From: Chloroflexota bacterium
Lineage (GTDB): Bacteria > Chloroflexota > Anaerolineae > Anaerolineales > UBA4823
NCBI GenBank assembly: GCA_049325275.1
Contig: JBMOLU010000086.1
Location: 27,437-91,436 of the forward strand
Direction: 5' to 3'
DNA: 64,000 nucleotides
Positions 8,057 to 17,988 of the stretch are shown here, in pieces (positions within the stretch are counted from its first letter, which is position 1; each line of letters begins with the position of its first letter). The translations under genes were made by a program, and so were the position numbers. The notes below the pieces were generated by a model that was given only the letters and a program-made list of their open reading frames with translations, was not told the origin of the DNA and made no database searches.

Positions 8057-11000
8057 ATGAAAGCGCTCGAACGCTTGTTTGCCGTTTTAGATGTCCAACA
8101 AGGGGAACGCCAGCCGGTGGTGTTGATGTGGGGGTACTCTTTTTGCCTGGGCGTGGCTGCCAGCACCCTGCTGGCAGCTTCCAATGCCTTGTTTTTAGAG
8201 ACGTTCGGTTCGGCCGGGTTGCCATGGTTGTACATGGCGATTGCCGTGGTCATGGGCCTGACCGCCTACGGCTACCTCAAGCTGGAAGAGCGTCTTGCTT
8301 TCGAGCAACTCATTCCGGTTGTGTTGGGCTTGTTGGCCGTATTGGTCGTCCTGGCACGCCTGGGGCTGTGGCTTTTGCCTGGCCGCTGGCTGCTCTTTGC
8401 GCTACCGCTGTTGTTGCCGGCGAGTAGCGGCCTGGGTGGGCTGATCTTTTGGGGACTGGCAGGCCGCCTGTTCGATTTGCGCCAGGGAAAACGGCTCTAT
8501 GGCGTGATCGGCACGGGCCGCTGGCTGGCGGCGGTGCTGCTGGGTTTTGCCGTATCCTTGCTCGTCAGGCAAATCGGCACGGAGAATCTCTTGCTTGTGG
8601 CGGCTGCCGGGCTGCTCGGCAACCTCTGGTTGGCCACGCATGCCTTGAAGCGCTCCCGCACCCAGGCGGCCACTTCACCCACCCGGCCGAGCATTTCCCG
8701 TCCGGATGGGCCGGCTCCCGCGGCCCGTAGCGATGGCTACGAACGTCGTTATCCCTTGATGATGGGCCTGTGGATGGTGGCTTCCAGCGTAGGATACTAT
8801 GTGGCCGAGTTCGTTTTCAACGACCGTGTGGCGGCGCAGTTTGCCGACGTTGCCCAACTGGCCGGTTTCCTGGGAGTGTTCTCGGCGCTCGAAGGCTTGC
8901 TCAACCTGGTGGTCGGCGCCCTGGTTACGGGGCCTTTCATCGCCCGCCTGGGAATCCTTGCGGGCGTTCTGGTGAACCCGGCGGCGTTGTTCGCCTGCAC
9001 CCTGGTAATGTTCGCGGTTACTTCGTTGTGGGGCACAGGCAGCCTGTTTGGCTTTGCAGCTTTTACGTATCTGCTCATGATCGTGATCAATTCTTCGATC
9101 GATCGTCCGTCGTTTTCGATCCTTTACCAGCCCATCCCCATTGCAAGACGTGGCCGTGTGCAAACCGTCGTCGAAGGGATCGTGCAGCAGGCGGCGATGG
9201 GCCTGATCGGCCTGGTTTTGCTTTTCGTCGCCCTGTTCGAGGTGACACTGCCCGGCCTGCTGGCCATCCTCACGCTTTCGGCAGCGGCCTGGGCATGGGT
9301 TGCCTGGCAGCTGGGTGGCAGGGAATACCCGCGTGTGCTCCAGAAGGCGCTGGCCCGCCGCGCCTTGGATGGCCTCGATAATTCCCTGATCGATGCGGAC
9401 AGCGTGGCTTTGCTGCAACAAGGCTTGAACCATCCCCATCCGGCGGCTGTCTTGTATGCCCTGCACACGCTGGAGCAAATCGATACACAGCAGGCGATCG
9501 AAGCTTTGCCAGGTTTGCTCCAGCATGATGATGCGCAAGTCCGTCTTGCTGCCTGGACAGCCGTCGAACGCATCAGGCCGCCCGCCTTTGCTGCGCTGGC
9601 TGCCGAACGCCTGGCGCACGAGCGCCAGCCGGATGTGTTGGGTGCCGGCTTGCGGGCGCTTGCTTGTGTGGATGGCCACTATGGGTTTCAGATGGCACAG
9701 GGCTATCTAGAATCGTGCCAACCCGAAACGCGCCTCGGCGCTTTGGTGGCATTGGTGCGCTACGGGGGCATCGAGGGCGTTTTGGCGGCCGGCCAGGTGC
9801 TCTTGCGTCTCGTCGAATCGCCCGACGCGGGCGAGCGTGCCCTGGCGGCGACGGCGCTGGGCGAGATCGGCGTGCAGACTTTCTACCAACCCCTGCTGCC
9901 CTTGCTGCGCGATCAGGCCCTGGAAGTCCGCCGCGCCGCTTTGCGTTCTACCGGGAAACTCAACGCGCCGGAACTTTGGCCGCTGGTCGTCCAGGCTGTA
10001 TACCAGCGCGGCACGCGCCGCCCGGCGCAGCAGGCATTGGTTGCGGCCGGGCCGCCGTGCTGGGACGCCCTGCAGTCGGCGCTCGATGGGCAGAGGAGTT
10101 CGCCTGAAACTTTGTGCCGTTTGCTATCTGCCGTTGGCCTGGTAGGGGGCGAGCAGGCGGTGAGCTTTCTGGTGCGGCACGTGTGTGATGAAAACGTGTG
10201 CGTTCGCACCGAGGTCTTGCAGCAGCTTTTCCACTTAGGATACCGCGCTGATGCCGAAGATGCGCCCACGCTACGCCGGCAGATCTACGCAGAAGCCGAA
10301 CGGGCGGCCTGGCTGCTGGCCTCCTGGCAGGATACCGGTGACGGTCCCGGCGCAATGCTGCGGTCGGCTTACCTCAACTGCCTGGCGCAACTGCGTTTGC
10401 GCCTGTTGAACTTGCTATCCTTCCTGTACGATCTCCAAACGATCCGGCGCATCCGTTATAACCTGATTTTTGGCTCCCCTGCCGAGCGTGCCGTTGCGCT
10501 GGAAGTGATCGAAACCCTTGTCGGCCGTGAAGTGGGGGCCTACGTACTGCCTGTTTTGGACGATTTGCCCGCCGAGCTGGCCCTGGCGCGTCTCGGTGCG
10601 GCCTTCTCTCAGAAACGTCTACGCCGCAACAAGCGCCTCGGTGAACTGCTTGCCCAGGCAGGCCACGCCCTCACGCCCTGGGCCGGGGCCTGTGCCTTAT
10701 ATACGGTCGGTAAAGAGCGCTTGCAAGACTTATCGCAGCCTGCCCGGGCCTGTCTCGATTCTCCCGATGCCCTGCTGCGCGAGATGGCCGCCTGGGCATT
10801 GTATCAGTTGGATGCATTCTCCGATTCCCGCCGCACTGACCCGGCGCACGATAGTGCACCTGCCGTACAGGCGGCCATTCACCCTGGAGGCAAACCCATG
10901 TTGTCGACGGTCGAAAAGGTCATTTTCCTGAAGACGGTCAGCAGCTTTGCTGCCATGCCCGATGATGCCCTGGCCGACGTGGCCTTGCTGCTCGACGAGC

Positions 11001-11356
11001 AGGAGGCCATCGCCGGGGAGCGGATTATCGAAAAAGGCGAGGCCGGTGATAGCATGTACATCGTTGTCGATGGGCGCGTGCGTGTGCACAACGATCACGT
11101 GACACTCAATTACCTGGGCGCTGGGGACGTATTCGGTGAACTGGCCGTGCTGGCTTCCGAGCCGCGTTCGGCCTCGGTGACGGCCGAAGAAGATGCATTG
11201 CTGCTGCGCCTGGAACAGTACGAACTGTATGAGTTAATGGAATACCGCAGCGAAGTGGCCCACGGTATTATTCAGGTGCTTACCCGTCACCTGCGGGCGC
11301 GCACGCGTGAGTTGGCCGACCTGCGGCGTGACGTCGAACGGATGGTCCCATTGTGA
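8057..11356 (+). CDS. Multidomain membrane protein: TLC/MFS-like transporter (about 11 TM) + HEAT/PBS-lyase repeats + C-terminal cyclic-nucleotide-binding domain
   Basis: N-terminal 450 aa are polytopic and hydrophobic. The middle has repeated AxxALGEIG/LLxDxxxxVRxAA HEAT-like units. The C-terminus has FGELAVL...RSASV, a cNMP-binding (CAP-family) signature. Confidence 0.7.
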   Translation: MKALERLFAVLDVQQGERQPVVLMWGYSFCLGVAASTLLAASNALFLETFGSAGLPWLYMAIAVVMGLTAYGYLKLEERLAFEQLIPVVLGLLAVLVVLARLGLWLLPGRWLLFALPLLLPASSGLGGLIFWGLAGRLFDLRQGKRLYGVIGTGRWLAAVLLGFAVSLLVRQIGTENLLLVAAAGLLGNLWLATHALKRSRTQAATSPTRPSISRPDGPAPAARSDGYERRYPLMMGLWMVASSVGYYVAEFVFNDRVAAQFADVAQLAGFLGVFSALEGLLNLVVGALVTGPFIARLGILAGVLVNPAALFACTLVMFAVTSLWGTGSLFGFAAFTYLLMIVINSSIDRPSFSILYQPIPIARRGRVQTVVEGIVQQAAMGLIGLVLLFVALFEVTLPGLLAILTLSAAAWAWVAWQLGGREYPRVLQKALARRALDGLDNSLIDADSVALLQQGLNHPHPAAVLYALHTLEQIDTQQAIEALPGLLQHDDAQVRLAAWTAVERIRPPAFAALAAERLAHERQPDVLGAGLRALACVDGHYGFQMAQGYLESCQPETRLGALVALVRYGGIEGVLAAGQVLLRLVESPDAGERALAATALGEIGVQTFYQPLLPLLRDQALEVRRAALRSTGKLNAPELWPLVVQAVYQRGTRRPAQQALVAAGPPCWDALQSALDGQRSSPETLCRLLSAVGLVGGEQAVSFLVRHVCDENVCVRTEVLQQLFHLGYRADAEDAPTLRRQIYAEAERAAWLLASWQDTGDGPGAMLRSAYLNCLAQLRLRLLNLLSFLYDLQTIRRIRYNLIFGSPAERAVALEVIETLVGREVGAYVLPVLDDLPAELALARLGAAFSQKRLRRNKRLGELLAQAGHALTPWAGACALYTVGKERLQDLSQPARACLDSPDALLREMAAWALYQLDAFSDSRRTDPAHDSAPAVQAAIHPGGKPMLSTVEKVIFLKTVSSFAAMPDDALADVALLLDEQEAIAGERIIEKGEAGDSMYIVVDGRVRVHNDHVTLNYLGAGDVFGELAVLASEPRSASVTAEEDALLLRLEQYELYELMEYRSEVAHGIIQVLTRHLRARTRELADLRRDVERMVPL

Positions 11357-11377
11357 TTTTCGGATAAGGAGAAAACC

Positions 11378-12367
11378 ATGCGAGTAGCCCTCTATTTACA
11401 AGATTCCCATGATTTACGTACCGGGCTGGACGATGTGCGCTATGCCGAGGCAAAAGGCTTCGAGGCTGTCTGGCAGGCCGAAAGCCGCCTGGTGCGCGAC
11501 GCAATCGTGCCGATGGCCGCCTACGCCGCCGTGACGGAACGCATCCGGGTGGGTTCAGGCGTGATCAACAACTGGACGCGTAATATCGGCCTGCTGGCGT
11601 CTACCTTCCTCACCCTGGATGACCTGGCGCCGAACCGCATCGTCTGCGGGATTGGCGCCTGGTGGGACCCCTTGGCCCGCAACGTGGGCATCGAGCGGCG
11701 CAAGCCCCTGGCGGCCATGCGCGAGACGGTCGATGTCTTGCGCCGTTTGCTTAGCATGGAACGGGTTACCTTTCACGGCGAGTTCGTTCACGTCGAAGGG
11801 ATCGAGTTGGACGTGGTGCACGGCCGCCGAGAACCACGTCATGTGCCGATCCTGATCGGCGCGACAGGCGATCAAATGATGCAGCTCACCGGGGAAATCG
11901 CCGATGGCGCCGTCCTCAATTACTGTGTGCCGCCCGAATACAACGATCGGGCGCTCGAACTGCTCGAAAAAGGCGCGCAAAAGGCTGGCCGCAGCTTCGA
12001 TGCAATCGATCGCCCGCAGTTGATTGTTTGTTCAGTCGATCACGATCACGACCGCGCTATCGATTCCACCCGCATGTTGCTGTGCCAGTACCTGGCGCAG
12101 CAGCCCCACATTGCCAAGGCCTCCGGTGTGGCCGAGGAAGTCGTGCAGCAGATTCAGGCCATCTTAGGCTGGCCGGCTACCCGGGCGCAGATCGACCGGG
12201 CCAAACACCTCGTTCCCGAAGACCTGATCGAACGTATTACCGCTTCGGGCACGCCCGACGAAGCCCGCAAAAAGGTGGATGCCTACTGCCAGCACGGCTG
12301 CACCTGCCCGATCTTGTATCCGGTAGGAGGCAATGTGAAGCTACTGGTGGATACCTTTGCACAGTGA
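11378..12367 (+). CDS. Luciferase-like (LLM class) F420-dependent oxidoreductase
   Basis: TIM-barrel LLM motifs (GxGxxxx[11 protein letters not shown]). Lies in an F420 context. Confidence 0.7.
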   Translation: MRVALYLQDSHDLRTGLDDVRYAEAKGFEAVWQAESRLVRDAIVPMAAYAAVTERIRVGSGVINNWTRNIGLLASTFLTLDDLAPNRIVCGIGAWWDPLARNVGIERRKPLAAMRETVDVLRRLLSMERVTFHGEFVHVEGIELDVVHGRREPRHVPILIGATGDQMMQLTGEIADGAVLNYCVPPEYNDRALELLEKGAQKAGRSFDAIDRPQLIVCSVDHDHDRAIDSTRMLLCQYLAQQPHIAKASGVAEEVVQQIQAILGWPATRAQIDRAKHLVPEDLIERITASGTPDEARKKVDAYCQHGCTCPILYPVGGNVKLLVDTFAQ

Positions 12368-12417
12368 CGGCCGGCCGCACGGGAAAAGAGCATTCTTGCC
12401 GAAAAGAGAGATCAAAA

Positions 12418-12446
12418 ACAAAAGCCCCGCAACAGGGGGCTTTTGA
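12418..12446. terminator. Bidirectional Rho-independent terminator (agcccc gcaacag ggggct) with T-runs on both sides
   Basis: Stem-loop followed by ttttg on the plus strand and ttttgtttttg on the minus strand. Sits between convergent gene ends. Confidence 0.55.
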
Positions 12447-12466
12447 ACGGATCGAAGACTTTTTTT

Positions 12467-13063
12467 CTAGGTTGATTCTTCATCATCCCGAGCCCCTTCG
12501 ACGTCATCGGGCAGGATACCGGCCAACAGATGGACACGCACGACCCCGGCGTCTTCATCGACTCCCAGTAAAACGTCGGCGATCAGGGGTAACAAAATCT
12601 CAGGGCCATTTTCCGGGCGCACCACGGCTACGTCGTTGGCGCCGGTTTCCAGAATTTCCACCAGCGCACCGAGTGTGCGGCCGTCGTCGCTGACGACAGT
12701 TTTGCCGATCAACTGGTGGTGGTAAAACTCGCCTTCCGGCAGGGCAGGGCGGTCTTTGGCCGAGATGTAGACGATTTGGTTGCGCAGTTGGCCTACTGCT
12801 TCCGGCGTGGCGTGGTCGTCGAAGCTGACCAGCAGCGCTGTGTCTGCCTTGCGACGCGTGCGCAGTCGCAGGGGATGGTGGGCTTCGCCGATGTACAGGG
12901 TCATGCCAGCGCGGATACGTTCAGGGAAATCGGTGAGAACTTCCAGGATGATTTCGCCGCGCACACCGTGCGGGCGGTGGAGTTTCCCCACTGCCAGGAA
13001 CTCAGGGGTGAGCTGTTTCGCAGGTCCCGGTTCCTGTGAAGCAAGCATACGGCGTGGACTCAT
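12467..13063 (-). CDS. rimM: 16S rRNA processing protein RimM
   Basis: GKLHRPHGVRGEIILEVLTDFPER, and a PRC-barrel C-terminus. ATGA overlap with the upstream KH gene. Confidence 0.85.
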   Translation of the reverse strand: MSPRRMLASQEPGPAKQLTPEFLAVGKLHRPHGVRGEIILEVLTDFPERIRAGMTLYIGEAHHPLRLRTRRKADTALLVSFDDHATPEAVGQLRNQIVYISAKDRPALPEGEFYHHQLIGKTVVSDDGRTLGALVEILETGANDVAVVRPENGPEILLPLIADVLLGVDEDAGVVRVHLLAGILPDDVEGARDDEEST

Positions 13064-13296
13064 TCGGGGTCTTCGACGTCCAGCGTAACCTGCTGGCCTT
13101 CACGTGCGGCGGCTACGTTAACGAGCATACGCATGGCGTTGGCCACACGCCCGCTGCGCCCGATCACGCGCCCCATATCTTCTTTTGCCACGTGCAGTTT
13201 GTAGTTGGTGATGCTGCCGCGCTTGTAGGCATTGACGCTCACTTGCTTGGGATCATCGACCAGCGAACAGGCAATATACTCGATCAGGTCTTTCAT
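13060..13296 (-). CDS. KH-domain RNA-binding protein (YlqC/UPF0109 family)
   Basis: VIGRSGRVANAMR, a KH GxxG motif. 78 aa, between rpsP and rimM. Confidence 0.8.
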   Translation of the reverse strand: MKDLIEYIACSLVDDPKQVSVNAYKRGSITNYKLHVAKEDMGRVIGRSGRVANAMRMLVNVAAAREGQQVTLDVEDPE

Positions 13297-13405
13297 GCGA
13301 TACCTCGAATCAGGTGCGAACAGCCGGGAAAACGAGGGCGTGAGAAGGTGGCTTCTTTCTCACGCCCTCGGCGTTGGCTCCTCCAACGAAACGACGGGCA
13401 GGATT

Positions 13406-13741
13406 TTATCTGCTGGTCTTGGGGTTGGGGGTCGGCATGGCCTGTGCAGCTTCGGTGAGCAGGGTTTCGAGCGCTTCACCTTTCTTGAAGCGTTCGTAAC
13501 GTGCGGGCAGGCCAACACTCTTGAAGATTTGTGCGACCGAGTCGCTGGGTTGAGCGCCTTTGCTCATCCAATCGTAAATGCGTTCCTCTTTGAGGATGAT
13601 GGTAGAAGGCTCGGTACGCGGGTTGTACTGCCCCAGGATCTCGAGAAAGCGGCCATCGCGTGGGGCTTCACGATCGGCGGCAACAATGCGATAGCTCGGT
13701 TGGTGAGCAGAGCCAATGCGGCGCAAACGAATACGAACCAT
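13406..13741 (-). CDS. rpsP: 30S ribosomal protein S16
   Basis: MVRIRLRRIGSAHQPSYRIVAAD. Confidence 0.9.
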   Translation of the reverse strand: MVRIRLRRIGSAHQPSYRIVAADREAPRDGRFLEILGQYNPRTEPSTIILKEERIYDWMSKGAQPSDSVAQIFKSVGLPARYERFKKGEALETLLTEAAQAMPTPNPKTSR

Positions 13742-13882
13742 GAGAAATCTCCTTACAGCAAAAGACAAAGTAGTAAATTGGGCCGATGTCTTCAGCAGCA
13801 GTCGAGGAGCGGGAGGAACGCTTGCTGCCTGCCTCGTACAACCAACCCGAAGGAAGCGGGACGGTGCTTGCCGCTTCCTGCC

Positions 13883-15208
13883 TTACAAGCCAAACATGCG
13901 GGAAATTCCTTTCCCGCCGCTTTTCTTGACCGTTTTCATGAGCTTTTGAACTTCCCGGAATTGCTTCATCAGCCGGTTGACGTCTTGCACTTCGGTGCCG
14001 GAGCCGCGCGCGATGCGGCGCCGGCGGCTGGCGTTTAGAATATCCGGTTTGACACGTTCCGCGGGGGTCATCGAATTGATGATCGCCTCGGTCATTTTGA
14101 GTTGTTTTTCGGCGTCCTGCGGAGAGACCATTTTGGCCATCTGGCCCATCTGGCCGGGCATCATTTCGAGCAGTTGGCCGATAGGCCCCAGCTTGCGCAC
14201 CTGGCGTAATTGGTCGGCGAAATCTTGCAGGCTAAACTCGCCTGACATCAACTTCTTGGCCTGCTTCTCGGCTTCTTTTTGGTCAAGGTTGGCTTCGGCG
14301 CGTTCGATCAGGCCGAGCAGATCGCCCATGCCCAAAATACGGGAAGCCAGCCGGCCCGGGTCGTACACTTCCATGGCGTCCAGGCCTTCGCCGGTGCCCA
14401 GGAACTTGATCGGCACGCCGGTTACCGAACGAATGGAAATGGCTGCACCGCCACGCGAATCGCCGTCCATCTTGGTCAAAATCAGGCCGGTGATGGAGAC
14501 CGTGTCGCGGAAACCCTTGGCGATGTTTACCGCTTCCTGACCGATCATCGAGTCGGCTACCAGTAGAATCTCTACCGGGGCGACGCGGCCGGTGATGGCT
14601 TTCAGTTCGTTCATCAGGGAATCGTCAAGCTGCGAGCGGCCTGCCGTATCCAGAATCAGCGTCGAGTAACCACCTTTCGCTGCTCTGTCGAAGGCCAGGG
14701 CGGCCATTTCGGGCGGCTTGACGCCGGCTTCATAGGCCACGGGGATGTCCAGCTTCTCCCCCAGGGTTTGCAATTGTTTGACTGCCGCCGGGCGGTAGGG
14801 ATCGCAGGCGACGAGCATAACGCGTTCGCCTTGCGAACGCAGCATGCGCGCCAGTTTGCCCGCATGGGTGGTTTTGCCCGCGCCTTGAAGGCCCACGAGC
14901 ATGATCGCCCGCGGGCGCGGCCCGGTCAGGTTGAGACGCTCCGGTTCGCCCAGCGTCGCGATCAGTTCTTCGTTGACGATCTTGATGACTTGCTGCCCCG
15001 GGTTGAGCGCTTTCGAGACTTCCGCGCCAATCGAGCGTTGGCGCACGCGGGCGACGAAATCTTTCACCACGCCGTAGTTGACATCGGCTTCGAGCAACGC
15101 CAGGCGCACCTCGCGCATGGCGACGTCAACATCGGCTTCCGAGAGCTTGCCTCGGCGGCTCAGTTCCTTAAATACACTATCGAGTCGTTCGGTTAGGTTC
15201 TCAAACAC
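13883..15208 (-). CDS. ffh: Signal recognition particle protein Ffh
   Basis: GLQGAGKTT, DTAGR, and a methionine-rich M-domain (MMPGQMGQMAKM). Confidence 0.95.
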   Translation of the reverse strand: MFENLTERLDSVFKELSRRGKLSEADVDVAMREVRLALLEADVNYGVVKDFVARVRQRSIGAEVSKALNPGQQVIKIVNEELIATLGEPERLNLTGPRPRAIMLVGLQGAGKTTHAGKLARMLRSQGERVMLVACDPYRPAAVKQLQTLGEKLDIPVAYEAGVKPPEMAALAFDRAAKGGYSTLILDTAGRSQLDDSLMNELKAITGRVAPVEILLVADSMIGQEAVNIAKGFRDTVSITGLILTKMDGDSRGGAAISIRSVTGVPIKFLGTGEGLDAMEVYDPGRLASRILGMGDLLGLIERAEANLDQKEAEKQAKKLMSGEFSLQDFADQLRQVRKLGPIGQLLEMMPGQMGQMAKMVSPQDAEKQLKMTEAIINSMTPAERVKPDILNASRRRRIARGSGTEVQDVNRLMKQFREVQKLMKTVKKSGGKGISRMFGL

Positions 15209-15316
15209 AGCCCTGCATTTTAGCCTGTAAGCAAGGAATTGACAAGGTTCGGGTTTGCACGTAACATGGGGACATCCATCATTCCTGTCAGAAGAAATCG
15301 TTCAGAGGAGGCTTTT

Positions 15317-16168
15317 ATGTCCAAAGTTGCCGTGGTAGCCGATAGTACCGCCTACGTGCCTGCCGATCTGGTGTCCAACCTTAATATCCGCGTTGCACCC
15401 TTGTTGGTCAATTGGGATGGGCAGTCGTACCGCGATGGGGTCGATATGCAGCCGGTCGCGTTCTATGAACGCCTGAAAAAATCCAAGTCCATGCCGACCA
15501 GTTCGCAGGTGCCGGTGGCGGCGTTCGAGGAAGTCTTTCGCCAATTGCTCGAGCAAGGATATGATGTTTTGGCGGTGACCATCTCCTCCAGGTTCTCGGG
15601 CACGCTGGATTCGGCCGTTCAGGCCAAGGCAGCCATGCCGCCCGATGCGCCGATCGAACTGGTCGATTCGCTTTCTGCTGCGGGGCAGGAGGGTCTGGTG
15701 GTTTTGGCGGCCGCACGCGCGGCGCAGGAAGGGCTTAGCCTGGCGGAATGTAAGTCGATTGCCGAACGCGTCCAGGCGAACAGCGGCCTTTTCTTGACGG
15801 TCGAGACGCTCGAATTTCTACACCGCGGCGGGCGCATCGGCGGCGCTTCACGCTTTTTGGGTACGGCTTTGAATATCAAACCTATCATGGAAATCGTAGA
15901 GGGCAAGATCAGCGCGGTCGAACGCGTGCGTACGCGTAACAAGGCCGTGGCGCGCATGGTAGAACTGGTAGAAAACCGCATTGCAGGCCGCAAACCGGTA
16001 CGTCTGTTTGCCGTGCACGCCAATGCGGAGGCCGAAGCGCGCGTCATGCTCGATCAGGCTACCCAGAAACTCGGCGCCGTCGAAGGCATCCTTTCGGACG
16101 TCAGCCCGGTGATCGGCGTCCACGTTGGACCGGGAACCCTGGGATTAGGCTATTCGGTGGAATGGTGA
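15317..16168 (+). CDS. DegV family fatty-acid-binding protein
   Basis: VAVVADSTAYVPADL and a typical DegV length. Confidence 0.8.
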   Translation: MSKVAVVADSTAYVPADLVSNLNIRVAPLLVNWDGQSYRDGVDMQPVAFYERLKKSKSMPTSSQVPVAAFEEVFRQLLEQGYDVLAVTISSRFSGTLDSAVQAKAAMPPDAPIELVDSLSAAGQEGLVVLAAARAAQEGLSLAECKSIAERVQANSGLFLTVETLEFLHRGGRIGGASRFLGTALNIKPIMEIVEGKISAVERVRTRNKAVARMVELVENRIAGRKPVRLFAVHANAEAEARVMLDQATQKLGAVEGILSDVSPVIGVHVGPGTLGLGYSVEW

Positions 16169-16294
16169 GCGGGCGAAGGCCACGCCTTCGCCGGTAAATC
16201 GTTGTGAGAGTGTTAAACTGCCTGGCCGATTCGTTGTGCCACCGAATCGTTATCGTTGTAAAATAGGGGGAATTTTTTACTTTTTGGAGTCCTT

Positions 16295-17611
16295 ATGAGA
16301 AATTATCCTGCCATTGGGGTGCAAGTGCCCGATGTGCTGTTGCCGTCGCCCGGCGTCGATCTTACCCGTTGGGCGGTGATTGCCTGCGATCAATATACAT
16401 CTCAGCCCGATTACTGGGAACAGGTGGCGTGTATCATCGGAGAGCTGCCCTCGACCCTTCATCTCATTTTGCCTGAAATCTACCTGGACGGCCCCGATAT
16501 GGATGGCCGTACGTTGCAGATTCACGATCAGATGTGGCGCTATCTTTCGGGTAATTTGCTCCAACCACTGGATGGCATGGTTTACGTCGAACGGCGTGTG
16601 GATGGCAAACTGCGTCGCGGGCTGGTTCTGGCGCTCGATCTCGAACACTACGATTACAGGCCCGGCTCGCAGACCCTGATCCGGGCTACCGAAGGCACGA
16701 TCGTCGAACGCATCCACCCGCGTATGCGCATCCGGGATGGCGCCATGCTCGAACTGCCGCACATCCTGGTGCTGATCGACGACCCGGAACGCAGCGTGAT
16801 CGAGCCGGTCAGCCAGCATTGCCAGGCGTTGCGCAGGCTGTACGATTTTGATTTAATGATGAACGGCGGCCACCTGACCGGTTATGCAGTCGACGACCTT
16901 GCGCTCGAGCAGACAACCATGGGCGCTTTGGAAAGGTTGGCCGATGCGCAGTCCTTTGCCGAAAAGTACGACCTGCCTGCCGGTACCCCTGTGCTCTTGT
17001 TTGCCATGGGTGACGGCAATCACTCTCTGGCAACCGCCAAGGCGATTTGGGAGAAGATCAAACGCCGCGTAGGCCCTGATCACCCGGCCCGTTATGCCCT
17101 GGTGGAAATCGAGAACATTCACGACGAAGCGCTCGCGTTCGAGCCGATTCACCGGGTGGCCTTCAACCTCCAGCAGGATGTTTTGCCGGCGCTGCAAGAT
17201 TTTTTCAAGGGGCAGTGTACGTACCGGCCTCATGCGTCGTGTGAGACCATGATCGCCCAGGTCAACGCGACCCCCTCGCCGCGCCAGGCGTTTGGCCTGA
17301 TCTTGCCCGAAGGCTGCGGCGTGGTAGAACTGGCCGCGCCGCCGGCCACCTTGACGGTGGGCAGCCTGCAAGCCTTTCTCGATCCGTTCATGCAGGCCCG
17401 TCATGCTGAGAAACTGGACTACGTGCACGGCAGCGATGTCGTGTGCACCCTGGGCAGCCGGCCGGGCAACGCCGGATTCTACCTGCCGGCAATCGCCAAG
17501 GGCGATCTCTTCCGTACTGTGATCCTGGACGGTGTCTTGCCGCGTAAGGCTTTCTCGATGGGCGAGGCGCATGAAAAGCGGTTCTATATGGAATGCCGGC
17601 GAATTGAGTGA
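16295..17611 (+). CDS. Conserved hypothetical protein (DUF1015-like)
   Basis: 438 aa, soluble. The family assignment is from memory only. Confidence 0.5.
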   Translation: MRNYPAIGVQVPDVLLPSPGVDLTRWAVIACDQYTSQPDYWEQVACIIGELPSTLHLILPEIYLDGPDMDGRTLQIHDQMWRYLSGNLLQPLDGMVYVERRVDGKLRRGLVLALDLEHYDYRPGSQTLIRATEGTIVERIHPRMRIRDGAMLELPHILVLIDDPERSVIEPVSQHCQALRRLYDFDLMMNGGHLTGYAVDDLALEQTTMGALERLADAQSFAEKYDLPAGTPVLLFAMGDGNHSLATAKAIWEKIKRRVGPDHPARYALVEIENIHDEALAFEPIHRVAFNLQQDVLPALQDFFKGQCTYRPHASCETMIAQVNATPSPRQAFGLILPEGCGVVELAAPPATLTVGSLQAFLDPFMQARHAEKLDYVHGSDVVCTLGSRPGNAGFYLPAIAKGDLFRTVILDGVLPRKAFSMGEAHEKRFYMECRRIE

Positions 17612-17613
17612 CC

Positions 17614-17988
17614 ATGGACATTTCTTTTCAGGATCCGAACCAGATTCCACTACCTCCGGGCGAAGTCCGCATTCAGCAACTGCGCGGTGCATTGTACCCC
17701 GATGGCCGGCGTGTGAAAGTGTCGGTCACGCTTACCCCTTTCCAGAAAAGGCCCAGCCTGAGCCTGGAAGTCCGGGATGCGTTGGCGCAAATCGTGGCCG
17801 AGACGCAAGTCATCGAGACCATGGCTGCTTCTCTCGATCTGAACCTTCATCTGCGTCACCCTGATCCGCAACCGCCTTATACCCTTGTGGCAACCCTGTT
17901 TTACACGCCTCCCATCGAGCCGGACGCTGCGAGCCTGCCCGAACGCACGGTGGTCGACACGGCTTCATCTTCCGTCTCGTTGCCATGA
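17614..17988 (+). CDS. Hypothetical protein, translationally coupled to both neighbours
   Basis: Start overlaps the upstream stop (GTGA/ATG), and its stop overlaps the downstream ABC start (ATGA). Confidence 0.4.
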   Translation: MDISFQDPNQIPLPPGEVRIQQLRGALYPDGRRVKVSVTLTPFQKRPSLSLEVRDALAQIVAETQVIETMAASLDLNLHLRHPDPQPPYTLVATLFYTPPIEPDAASLPERTVVDTASSSVSLP

